Both the position numbers and the translations under genes were made by a program. A stretch of DNA of 64,000 bases, taken from NCBI GenBank assembly GCA_019309485.1, contig JAFDGC010000002.1, forward strand, positions 2,328-66,327. Direction: 5' to 3'. This document shows, piece after piece, positions 47,583 to 56,482 of the stretch. Position 1 is the stretch's first letter, and each line of letters starts with the position of its first letter. The stretch is from Deltaproteobacteria bacterium (GTDB lineage: Bacteria > Desulfobacterota > Desulfobacteria > Desulfobacterales > UBA2156). Under the pieces are notes generated by a model. That model saw nothing but the letters and a program-made list of their open reading frames with translations, made no database searches and had not been told where the DNA came from.

Positions 47583-48564
47583 GGGACTTTTCCCAGACGT
47601 CCGTGTTCACCGTGTGACGGGGGCGGTTTCCCCGGACGTAATCGAGGATCTGGGCGGCGATGCTGCGGCTCATGTTCTTCAGGGCGTCCTCGGTAAAGGC
47701 CGCCGTATGCGGCGTCAGGACCACATTGTCCAGCGTCAAAAGCGGGGAATCAACAGGCGGCTCGTGTTCGAAGACATCGAGGCCGGCGCCGGCGATCCGC
47801 TTTTCCTTGAGGGCCTGATACAAATCGGCTTCCTTGACGATTTCCCCCCGGGCCGTATTGATGAGAAAGGCCCCCGGTTTCATGAGGGAAAGGGTTTTTG
47901 CGTTGATCATTCCCCTGTTTTCCGGGGTGAGGGGAGAGTGGATGCTGACGATATCCGATACGCGAAGGAGTGTTTCCACTTCCATCCTTTCGATACCGTG
48001 GGCGTTGGCAAATGCTTCGGGCCAATAGGGGTCGTAGGCCGTCACTTTCATGTCAAAGCCCTTGGCCCGCCTGGCCACACCTTGACCGATGGCCCCCAGA
48101 CCGATGAGTCCAAGGGTCTTTTGCCAGATCTCCACGCCCATGATCTTGGTATGTTCCCAGCGGTTTTCCCTCAGGGACCGGTCGCAGAAAAGAATTTTCC
48201 GGGCGACGCTGAGGATGAGCGCAAAGGTATGATCCGCAACGGCCTGGGTGTTGGTCCCGGGGGTGTGAAAGACCAGGATGTCCTTTTGGGTTGCCGCGGG
48301 GATGTCGATGGTGTCGAGGCCCACGCCCAGTTTGGCCACTGCCGAAAGCCGGGGGGACGCCTCCAAAAGCGTATCATCCACCCGCAGATCGTTCCCGCAC
48401 AAGACGATATCCGCGGTTTGAAGCGCGGTTGTGAATCGGGAATCGTGGACGCCGGACCCCCGCATATCCGTGAGGTGGAGCCCGGCGGCCTTGAGTTCCT
48501 GCATGGGAGTATCGTCAAAAATACAGAAGGGCCTGGCTTCGATGAGGATGTTCAAGGGGGACAT
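47563..48564 (-). CDS. D-isomer-specific 2-hydroxyacid dehydrogenase family (SerA/GyaR-like)
   Basis: GLIGLGAIGQGVARRAKGFDMKV NAD motif and catalytic-region TPHTAAFT; AAGGAG RBS. Confidence 0.85.
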   Translation of the reverse strand: MSPLNILIEARPFCIFDDTPMQELKAAGLHLTDMRGSGVHDSRFTTALQTADIVLCGNDLRVDDTLLEASPRLSAVAKLGVGLDTIDIPAATQKDILVFHTPGTNTQAVADHTFALILSVARKILFCDRSLRENRWEHTKIMGVEIWQKTLGLIGLGAIGQGVARRAKGFDMKVTAYDPYWPEAFANAHGIERMEVETLLRVSDIVSIHSPLTPENRGMINAKTLSLMKPGAFLINTARGEIVKEADLYQALKEKRIAGAGLDVFEHEPPVDSPLLTLDNVVLTPHTAAFTEDALKNMSRSIAAQILDYVRGNRPRHTVNTDVWEKSRERHAP

Positions 48565-48640
48565 GGATGCGGTGATCTCCTTTCAGGGTTTGTTATCGTT
48601 TTCATTCTAATGGATTTCATCATCGGGACAACCTAAACTA

Positions 48641-48670
48641 CAAAAAATCCTTTGAAAAGTCAAAAGGATT
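48641..48670 (-). terminator. terminator-like hairpin inside the 5' leader of the dehydrogenase/helicase operon
   Basis: Minus strand: AATCCTTTTGA-CTTT-TCAAAGGATT (one bulge) followed by TTTTTTG, about 77 nt before ATG 48564. Confidence 0.45.
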
Positions 48671-48885
48671 CCCGCTTGAAAACGGATAAATCAAAGGCGC
48701 GGTTTCCCTTTGAGGCTTGAAAAAAAACAAGAGATCGCATAGGAAAGGGGCATCCATAGCCGCATCGTTTTTCGGTCATCGGCCCGCCGCCGATGGACGG
48801 CTCTTTTGAAAGGACACCCCCGACGTCCATGGGAGCTTTGAAGCTCCCCGCAGCCCCGAAAGGCCGGATTTCCGTTTCGCTCCAA

Positions 48886-48944
48886 CCCGCGAAGCACTGC
48901 TGTCACGCAGAACTTGCGGGGAATGCGCTCGCTGTTCCGGTTCA
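48886..48944 (-). repeat. 59-nt repeat, copy B (inverted relative to copy A)
   Basis: Its reverse complement matches 26374-26432 at 55 of 59 positions. Similarity resumes (CTGCGGGGAGCTTCAA vs CTGCAGGGAGGCTTCAA) after a roughly 32-nt insertion in copy B. Confidence 0.85.
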
Positions 48945-48990
48945 CGGCCGTGGGGTTGCACCGAATCTTTGACGGGTGCGGAGAAACGTC

Positions 48991-50907
48991 ATGCAAAGAC
49001 TCTTTTCATCGTTTCAGATTAAAGGACTTCATTTCAAAAATCGGATCGTCATGCCTCCACTTGCGTCTTTTCTCCTCGACCGGGACGGAACCGTCACGGA
49101 CAAGGCGGTGGAGCACTATCGCATGCGGGCCGCGGGCGGGCCCGCCATGATCATTATGGAGGCTTGTGCCGTCTCCCGGGAAGGCATCGTTTCATTCCAC
49201 CAGGCGCGCATCGATGAGGACCGTTTCGTGGAAGGGCTGTCCAAAATTGCCCGGGTGATCAAGGCGGAAGGGGCGATCCCTGCGGTGCAGATTCATCACG
49301 GGGGCCGACAGACTTCTGTCAAGGTTATCGGCCGCAACCCTCTGGCGCCGTCCCCCTTGCCGTGCCCTGCCATCCGGGGGGAAGTGGAGGCGCTCACCGT
49401 ATCCGGTATCCGGGAACTGGTGCAAAAGTTCGGGGATGCGGCGGTGCGGGTCCGGGAAGCGGGATTCGAACTCCTGGAACTCCACGGCGCCCACGGATAC
49501 CTCATCAACCAGTTTCTCTCTCCCTTTTCCAATATTCGACAGGATGCATACGGCGGAGACCTGGAAGGACGGACGCGTTTTGCAAGGGAAGTCCTTCAGG
49601 AGGTCCGGCGGCGCCTGGGACCGGATTTTCCCGTTTCCTTTAAAATTTCCGCCCAGGAGTTTGTTCCAAACGGGCTGACGCTTGAAGAGAGTATCGCCGC
49701 CTTGAGGATCTTGATTCCAGAGGGCATCGACATGGTGCAGGTCTCTGCCGGAAATGACGCGACCCCGGAATGGATATGCCAGCCCATGTTCATGAAGAAG
49801 GCGTGTCTGGCCGATTCGGCCCGGGCCGTGAAAAAGGCCGTGAACATCCCTGTGATGAGTGTGGGCCGTATCAATGATCCGTTCATCGCCGAAAGGATCA
49901 TCGCAGAGGAAAAAGCCGATCTGGTGTGCATCGGAAGGGGACTTTTGGCTGATCCGGAGATGCCCAAAAAGGCCAAAGAAGGCCGCTTCGATGACATCCG
50001 CACCTGCATTGCTTGTAATACCTGCATGGAATCGATTTTTAAAAAGGGACGCGTGGAATGTCTGGTGAATCCTACCCTGGGCCGGGAAAGGGAAATGGCT
50101 GTTATTCCCGCGAAACGGATCCGGAAAATCATGGTGGTGGGCGGCGGCCCCGGCGGAATGGATGCTTCCTTGGTGGCTGCCCAACGGGGGCATCGCGTGG
50201 ATCTTTATGAAAAGGGGCCGGTCCTGGGGGGACAGTTGATCCCGGGAAGCGCCACCTCCTATAAGAAAGAAATGCTCAGCCTGATCCGTTTCCAATCCAA
50301 ACAGATGCGCCGATACGGGGTGCGCGTGCATCTGAACCGGGAGATCCAATTGAAAGACGTCCTTTCTGAAAAACCTGACGTGGTCATTGTGGCCACCGGT
50401 TCACTTCCGGCAGTACCGCCCCTGGAAGGGATCGAACACGAGATCGTTTGCTCGTTTTCATCGGTTTTGGACGGGAAACGCCCGCCTCCCCGGGAAACAG
50501 TGGTCATCGGAGGCGGCCCCACCGGATGTGAAGTGGCCTTTCATCTTTCCGAACAGGGATGTCCCGTGACCGTGGTGGAAATGTTGCCCAAGGCCGGAAA
50601 AGGACTGGAGGCCATTACCAAAAAGGTCCTTTTCGAGAAACTTGCGGCAAACGGCGTTCGTTTTTTAACGGGATGCCGGCCCCTTCGCATCAGCACACAA
50701 GGTGTTTGGATAAAGGACGCAGAAGACGGAGAACGCTTTTTACCGGCCGGCCGCGTCGTATTGGCAACCGGCATCCGTCCCAATACCGTCCTTTACGACC
50801 GGATCAAGGACATGGGGTTCGAGGTTTACCGGATCGGGGACTGCCTCGAACCCCGTACCGCCAAAGACGCTATCCTGGAAGGCGCCCGTCTGGGTCGCGC
50901 CTTGTAA
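48991..50907 (+). CDS. Old-Yellow-Enzyme-family flavoprotein with Fe-S and FAD/NAD(P) domains (2,4-dienoyl-CoA reductase / enoate reductase-like)
   Basis: FKNRIVMPPL and HGAHGYLINQFLSP OYE motifs; CIACNTC...C cluster; VVGGGPGGMDAS dinucleotide fold. Confidence 0.85.
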   Translation: MQRLFSSFQIKGLHFKNRIVMPPLASFLLDRDGTVTDKAVEHYRMRAAGGPAMIIMEACAVSREGIVSFHQARIDEDRFVEGLSKIARVIKAEGAIPAVQIHHGGRQTSVKVIGRNPLAPSPLPCPAIRGEVEALTVSGIRELVQKFGDAAVRVREAGFELLELHGAHGYLINQFLSPFSNIRQDAYGGDLEGRTRFAREVLQEVRRRLGPDFPVSFKISAQEFVPNGLTLEESIAALRILIPEGIDMVQVSAGNDATPEWICQPMFMKKACLADSARAVKKAVNIPVMSVGRINDPFIAERIIAEEKADLVCIGRGLLADPEMPKKAKEGRFDDIRTCIACNTCMESIFKKGRVECLVNPTLGREREMAVIPAKRIRKIMVVGGGPGGMDASLVAAQRGHRVDLYEKGPVLGGQLIPGSATSYKKEMLSLIRFQSKQMRRYGVRVHLNREIQLKDVLSEKPDVVIVATGSLPAVPPLEGIEHEIVCSFSSVLDGKRPPPRETVVIGGGPTGCEVAFHLSEQGCPVTVVEMLPKAGKGLEAITKKVLFEKLAANGVRFLTGCRPLRISTQGVWIKDAEDGERFLPAGRVVLATGIRPNTVLYDRIKDMGFEVYRIGDCLEPRTAKDAILEGARLGRAL

Positions 50908-50980
50908 CCCGGCGGGTTGAAATCCCTCTTGAAAGCCCAAACGCCTTCCCTTTTTTCCATTCCCGCGGTGGGCGTTTTGA

Positions 50981-51559
50981 CATTCTGGGCCAGGCATCGC
51001 CTCCGGGGCGCGCAGGATCATCGAAATCCGGGGTAGGGGGCCTTTTCTGGTTTGACACCCAGGGGCGTTTTTTTTATCCTCGTCGGCAGCATCCCGGCAT
51101 TATCAGGGGGCGTGGCTGATCGGAACGATATTTTTCGCCGCCGTCTTTTTGAATCTGAAGTCCCCGCGGTTTTACTTCCGATATGTATGTCCCCTGGGAG
51201 CGCTTTTCGGGCTTTTCACCCGATATTCACTGGGGCGGATCGGAAAAACGGAATCCCCCTGCGCGGCGTGCAACATGCGTGACGCAGATTGCGAAGGGCC
51301 TGTTCCCCGGCGTCTTCCATCGTATGGGGGGAATGCGTGCTGTGCTTGAATTGTATCGGTGCGCATCGGCCCCGCCTTTATCGACCGGGGCCGGTGTCTC
51401 CCCTGGGCCATGGACAAATCCTGCATCGTATGCCAGGAAAACTGTCCAGTTTCCGGAAAGCGGGTCATCCGGGTCAGCGCCGAAAACGAAACGCGGCATC
51501 CAAAACATGCGTTGACCTTTGCAAGAACACACGATAGGCATGCCTTCCTAAAGGGTTGA
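50981..51559 (+). pseudogene. decayed polyferredoxin-type membrane 4Fe-4S protein (NapH/MauN-like)
   Basis: RFYFRYVCPLGALFGLF...CAAC in one frame, ECVLCLNC in a second and CIVCQENCPV in a third; in-frame TGA at 51053; no usable start codon. Confidence 0.6.
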
Positions 51560-51561
51560 AA

Positions 51562-52035
51562 ATGGCGCGAGCAAAAAAACCCCGTCGGCGCGTTCGGTTC
51601 ACCATCGAGAGCCGACTGGAAAACGTTCCTTTGGTCGGTATGTCGGTGAACCGGCTGTGCGGGCTCATCCCGCTTTCCGAAATCGATGCCTGCCGCATGG
51701 AGTTGTGTGTGGTGGAGGCCGTGAACAACAGCATCCTCCATGCGTATGAAAAAAAAGCAGGCGGCGAGGTGGAAGTCGTCTTTTCCTTGTTTTCGGACCG
51801 CCTCGTCATTGAAGTCCTGGACAGTGGAACGCCCATGAGCGAAACCCGTGTTCGTGACAAGGGCCTGTCCTCCCTGGACCACAATACCGTTTCGATCCGG
51901 GATATCCCCGAAAGCGGAAGGGGGATCGGCATCATTCAATCCATCATGGACGATGTCTCCTACGGGACGGATTCTGGGAAAAACTGCTTGACGATGATAA
52001 AAAAGATTGTTCCATCAAAGAAGATGAAATCATAA
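51562..52035 (+). CDS. anti-sigma regulatory factor Ser/Thr kinase (RsbW/SpoIIAB-like HATPase)
   Basis: ELCVVEAVNNSILHAY N-box and GRGIGIIQSIMD G-box. Confidence 0.7.
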   Translation: MARAKKPRRRVRFTIESRLENVPLVGMSVNRLCGLIPLSEIDACRMELCVVEAVNNSILHAYEKKAGGEVEVVFSLFSDRLVIEVLDSGTPMSETRVRDKGLSSLDHNTVSIRDIPESGRGIGIIQSIMDDVSYGTDSGKNCLTMIKKIVPSKKMKS

Positions 52036-52093
52036 AAAGGCCCTGCCTTGAGGCGGGAGTTGCGGGAAGCGTTTCAGCCAACGGATGGATACC

Positions 52094-53080
52094 ATGAAAG
52101 TGCTGATCGTCGGGGGCGCCGGATATATCGGAAGTATCGTCACCCGGCTGCTATTTGAAAAACAAATGGACGTGGTGGTTCTGGACAACCTTTCCCTGGG
52201 ACACCGGAAAGCCCTCCCGTCGGCGGTGCCGCTTATCGAGGGGGGTATGGCCGATGCCGCCTTGCTGGAAAATCTTTTTTCATCCCATCGGTTCGATGCC
52301 GTCATGCATTTTGCCGCCTTTGCCCTTGTGGGGGAATCCGTGGCGGCGCCGCTGGCATACTACCATAACAACGTGGCCAACACGGTGAACCTGCTCAGGG
52401 TCATGAAGGCGTTCGGGGTCCGGCATTTTATCTTTTCTTCGAGTGCGGCGGTCTTCGGAATCCCCCAAAAAATCCCCATCCCCGAGGCTCACCCCAAGGC
52501 GCCCATCAACCCCTATGGATGGAGTAAACACATGGTGGAGCAGGTCCTCGAAGACAGTGCCGCCGCACAAGAGGTCCGCTTCGTTTCCCTTCGATACTTC
52601 AACGCCGCGGGAGCACATCCCGACGGCACCATGGGGGAGGACCACGCCCGGGAAACCCACCTCATCCCCCTGACCCTTCAGGCGATCCTCACGGGGAAGC
52701 CGTTGACCGTTCTCGGGACCGACTACGATACGCCGGACGGCACCTGCATCCGGGACTTTATCCACGTCCTGGATCTGGCCGAGGCCCACCTGCTGGCGTT
52801 GGACTATCTTTTGAATCAAAAAGAAAGCGCCGTTTTCAACCTGGGAAACCAAAAGGGTTTTTCGGTAAAAGAGGTCATCAGCGTGGCGGAAAAAATCACG
52901 GGGAAAACCGTACCGGTCATCCATGGGGATCGACGGCCCGGAGACCCCCCCGTGCTCGTGGCGGGATCGGAGAAAATCAAACGGGCTTTGGGATGGAAAC
53001 CCCGATTCGCGGAGATTGAGACCATCATCGAGACCGCCTGGAACTGGCACCGATCCCATCCCTTTGGATATGCTTCATGA
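52094..53080 (+). CDS. galE: UDP-glucose 4-epimerase
   Basis: MKVLIVGGAGYIGS; YGWSK catalytic motif; DYDTPDGTCIRDFIHV. Confidence 0.9.
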   Translation: MKVLIVGGAGYIGSIVTRLLFEKQMDVVVLDNLSLGHRKALPSAVPLIEGGMADAALLENLFSSHRFDAVMHFAAFALVGESVAAPLAYYHNNVANTVNLLRVMKAFGVRHFIFSSSAAVFGIPQKIPIPEAHPKAPINPYGWSKHMVEQVLEDSAAAQEVRFVSLRYFNAAGAHPDGTMGEDHARETHLIPLTLQAILTGKPLTVLGTDYDTPDGTCIRDFIHVLDLAEAHLLALDYLLNQKESAVFNLGNQKGFSVKEVISVAEKITGKTVPVIHGDRRPGDPPVLVAGSEKIKRALGWKPRFAEIETIIETAWNWHRSHPFGYAS

Positions 53081-53095
53081 ACAGAGGAAAAATCG

Positions 53096-54142
53096 ATGAA
53101 ACACATGCTTGTCACCGGTGGATGCGGCTTTATCGGAGCCAATTTCATCCGTTATCTGTTGGAAGAATCGGATTACGCGGGACGCGTCATCAATGTGGAT
53201 GCCCTGACCTATGCCGGAAATCCGGAGAACCTTGCCGGGATCCCGGAACGGTTTTCGGGGCGTTATCATTTCGTAAAGGCCGATATTTGCGATCCAGAGA
53301 CGCTGAGCGGTGTTTTCGACGCCTATGAGATCGACGCGGTTTGCCATTTCGCCGCCGAATCCCACGTGGACAGGTCCATCGTCCGGCCCGATGCCTTTAT
53401 CCAGACCAACATCGTGGGAACCTTCAATCTGCTGCAGCTCGCCCGAAAACATCAAGATCGGATGGTGCGGTTTCATCACATCAGCACCGATGAAGTCTTC
53501 GGAAGCCTCGGGGAATCGGGTTTTTTCACCGAAACGACCCCGTATCACCCGAACAGTCCCTATTCGGCCTCCAAGGCCGCTTCCGATCATCTGGTCCGGG
53601 CGTTTCACAAAACGTACGGCCTGCCCATCACGATCTCCAATTGTTCCAACAACTACGGGCCGTATCAATTCCCCGAAAAACTGATTCCCCTGATGATTCT
53701 CAATGCCGTGGAGGGCAGGTCCCTTCCCGTTTATGGAGATGGGTTGAATGTCCGGGACTGGCTCTATGTGAAAGATCACTGCCATGCCGTCTGGCGGGTC
53801 ATGCAGTCCGGAAGGGACGGGGAGACGTACAATATCGGCGGAAACAGTGAAATGGAAAACATCCGCATGGTGGAGATGATCTGCGACCTCGTGGATGAAT
53901 CCCTTGGAACGCCCGCCGGCTCGAGGCGGGATCTCGTCACCTTCGTCAAGGATCGGCCCGGCCACGACCGCCGTTACGCCATCGACTTTTCCAAGATTCA
54001 AAAGGAGCTGGGCTGGCATCCCGCCGAGTCCCTTTCCACGGGTCTTCGAAAGACCATTGCCTGGTACCTTGCGCATCGGGAATGGGTGGACCGGGTGAAA
54101 AGCGGAGAATACCAGGAATGGATCCGGGAGCAATATGGATGA
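53096..54142 (+). CDS. rfbB: dTDP-glucose 4,6-dehydratase
   Basis: [14 protein letters not shown]; STDEVFG; [12 protein letters not shown]; [17 protein letters not shown]. Confidence 0.92.
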   Translation: MKHMLVTGGCGFIGANFIRYLLEESDYAGRVINVDALTYAGNPENLAGIPERFSGRYHFVKADICDPETLSGVFDAYEIDAVCHFAAESHVDRSIVRPDAFIQTNIVGTFNLLQLARKHQDRMVRFHHISTDEVFGSLGESGFFTETTPYHPNSPYSASKAASDHLVRAFHKTYGLPITISNCSNNYGPYQFPEKLIPLMILNAVEGRSLPVYGDGLNVRDWLYVKDHCHAVWRVMQSGRDGETYNIGGNSEMENIRMVEMICDLVDESLGTPAGSRRDLVTFVKDRPGHDRRYAIDFSKIQKELGWHPAESLSTGLRKTIAWYLAHREWVDRVKSGEYQEWIREQYG

Positions 54143-54308
54143 AAGTGCGAATCAAAGGAACGCCGGTTGTCTTCCGATGACCGGCGCCTGATGGATGACT
54201 ACGCCCGGGAAACCGCATTCGATTACCTTGCCGGGTGCACCGCCGTAGGCGAATCCGCCCTCTCCGAGCCGGTTCCGGTGGGGGATATTATAGGGAAAAA
54301 TCGATTCC

Positions 54309-56468
54309 TTAAACGGTTTGAGAGTTTTGACGCTCAGTTGCGATTTCCACCAGGCAACTGTTGCACGGGAAGGCGCCTCCCGGCGACATACGGTCCAGGG
54401 TAAGGACGTTCACGCACCCCCCCTCATCCGTTCCGTCTTCGGCGGGGCGGTACCAGGCGCCGGCATCCAGACTCACGACACCCGGCATCATGTCCGGGGT
54501 GACCTTTACCGGCACACGGGTGCGGCCCCGGTCATTGAAAACCACTACCGTGTCCCCGTCGGCAATCCCCCGGACGGCGGCGTCCTTTGGATGCATCCAT
54601 ACCCGGTCGTCGGCCTTTGCTTTTAAGTGCAAAATATTGTCGAATTGTGAATTGACGCGGGTTTTGGCGTGGGGACTGACCAACTGGAGGGGATACGTGC
54701 GGGATAAGGGATCTCCCGGGCCCTCCCACGGATCCATGTAGGTCGGAACCGGCGGAAGTAACGGATCCTTTTTGGTTGCCATGGTTTCGCTGAAAAGCTC
54801 GATTTTTCCCGACGGGGTGAGAAAGGGATGGTTTTCCGGGTCTTCGATTTGTTCCTTAAAGGCCACCCACGGCAGATTCGTGTCCCGATAAAGGAAGCCT
54901 TCATCCGCAAAATCCGCGAAATCCGGAAGGTCCGGTGTTTTTTCGAGGAATCCTTCCAGCCATTCCCGGTCTTTTTTCGGGTTGTACCCCTTTATCTTTA
55001 ATCGCTCGGCCAGCAACGAAAAGAGATGCAGGTCCGAACGGACGCCTGCCGGCGGATCCACTGCGCGATCCATATGAATCCAATACGGCCCTCCGAGCCA
55101 GGGCAGGCCGATATCTTCTTCTTCCAAATAATGGGTGACCGGCAGGATGATATCGGCAAACCGGGCCGTGGGATTGAGGAAAAGGTCATGCACCACGATG
55201 AAGGGCACCCGGTTCAAAGCGCGGCGCCCCTTGTTCAGGTTGGGAAACTGGTTCAACAGATTGCATCCGACGATGTAAAGGATCTGGATGTCGCTTTGAA
55301 AGCCCCCGGCTTTACCTTCCAGGAGGGCGTCGTAAACCTGGCTGATGTGCACCCGGGGAAAGCGCTTCGGAGAAACCGGAAAAGACGCCCCCAGCCGGCC
55401 CAGGGGCAGGCGATCCGTGCCACCGGCCGCATGGCCGCCGAGGATTCCGATGTTCCCCGTCAACGCGGCCAGGGCCATGGCCGCCCGGTGGAACTGCTCC
55501 CCGAAGGCCGTTCTCCCCGGCGCCCATCCGGTATAAAGGGCCGCCGGCTTCCGGGAAGCGTACTCCACGGCAAGGCTTCGGATAACCTGGGGATCGACGC
55601 CGGTGCGCGCGGCCGCCCATCGGGGGGTTTTGGGCGTTAGGTCCGGACCCCCCAGGACATGGGCTTTGAATGCCTCGAATCCATGCGTGTGGCGTTCGAT
55701 GAATACGGAGTCGTAAAGGTTTTCGGTGATCATCACATAGGCCATGGCCAACAGCATGGCCGTGTCGGTACCGGGCCGGATGGGAATCCAGGGGCAGTTC
55801 AGTCTTCGGGCGGTGTGGTTGCGCCGGGGATCCACGCAGACGATTCTTGCCCCCTTTTCCTTGGCTTTTTTCAGGTAATGCCACGTGTCCGGGCCGAATC
55901 GGGATATGAGAGGGTCCCACCCCCATAAAATAATCATTTGGGAATAAAGGAAGTTGTCCCGGCTGCTACCGGTATACCGGCTCCCGAAGGTGGCCTCCGA
56001 GGCGAGCACGGCGCCTTCCATGGAACTGTTTCCCCATGCACGGGTGCACCCGCCGAAGCACTGGAAAAACCGGAAGGCGGTCCTCCGGGTGCTGTGGAGG
56101 GCTCCTTCGTTGCCGTAATAATCCATCAGGAAAACAGATTCTGGTCCGAGGGTTCCCTTGGCGTTTTTCAACTGTGCCGCCACCGTGTCCAGGGCCTCGT
56201 CCCAGGGTATGGGGACAAAATCCCCTTCGCCCCGTTTCCCGCGGCGCTTGAGGGGGCGGGTAAGCCGATCCGGTGCATGCACCACCGCCTTTTGGGACAA
56301 ACCCCGGATGCAGGGCTTGAGCCGGAATCCGCCCCTGGGATCCGGCGTGATGCGGGTGACTTTACCCTCTTTTGTGTGGACCCTCAAGAGGCAGCGGGCG
56401 CCGCAATCAAAAGCGCACGTGGTTGTCACCGTATGTTCAGGAGTTGCTTTTCCGGGTTTTCGGGGCAA
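54309..56468 (-). CDS. DmsA-type molybdopterin (bis-MGD) oxidoreductase without Tat signal
   Basis: [21 protein letters not shown] is a CX3CX3C motif as recalled for DmsA-type enzymes; MopB core; C-terminal MGD-binding barrel. The only ATG (56666) would overlap glpQ by 184 nt, so TTG 56468 or GTG 56429 is the likely start. Confidence 0.78.
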   Translation of the reverse strand: MPRKPGKATPEHTVTTTCAFDCGARCLLRVHTKEGKVTRITPDPRGGFRLKPCIRGLSQKAVVHAPDRLTRPLKRRGKRGEGDFVPIPWDEALDTVAAQLKNAKGTLGPESVFLMDYYGNEGALHSTRRTAFRFFQCFGGCTRAWGNSSMEGAVLASEATFGSRYTGSSRDNFLYSQMIILWGWDPLISRFGPDTWHYLKKAKEKGARIVCVDPRRNHTARRLNCPWIPIRPGTDTAMLLAMAYVMITENLYDSVFIERHTHGFEAFKAHVLGGPDLTPKTPRWAAARTGVDPQVIRSLAVEYASRKPAALYTGWAPGRTAFGEQFHRAAMALAALTGNIGILGGHAAGGTDRLPLGRLGASFPVSPKRFPRVHISQVYDALLEGKAGGFQSDIQILYIVGCNLLNQFPNLNKGRRALNRVPFIVVHDLFLNPTARFADIILPVTHYLEEEDIGLPWLGGPYWIHMDRAVDPPAGVRSDLHLFSLLAERLKIKGYNPKKDREWLEGFLEKTPDLPDFADFADEGFLYRDTNLPWVAFKEQIEDPENHPFLTPSGKIELFSETMATKKDPLLPPVPTYMDPWEGPGDPLSRTYPLQLVSPHAKTRVNSQFDNILHLKAKADDRVWMHPKDAAVRGIADGDTVVVFNDRGRTRVPVKVTPDMMPGVVSLDAGAWYRPAEDGTDEGGCVNVLTLDRMSPGGAFPCNSCLVEIATERQNSQTV

Positions 56469-56482
56469 TACGCAGGCCTTTG

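Noticed and set aside
26374-48944. The inverted 59-nt repeats as termini of a composite transposon or excisable island.
   Set aside because: No transposase, integrase or recombinase lies between or beside them, and I could identify no flanking direct repeats. Both copies sit in promoter-proximal spacers, which fits a regulatory or REP-type role better. This is kept as an open alternative only.
51053-51055. In-frame TGA inside the polyferredoxin-like frame, as a possible selenocysteine codon.
   Set aside because: The position is in a TM/linker region, not a redox Cys site. No start codon exists upstream, at least two further frameshifts follow, and I saw no SECIS-like hairpin immediately downstream.
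54167-54403. The 78-aa ORF in the rfbB / Mo-enzyme convergent gap.
   Set aside because: It has no RBS and no recognisable motif. Its 3' third overlaps the well-supported C-terminus of the molybdoenzyme on the opposite strand.
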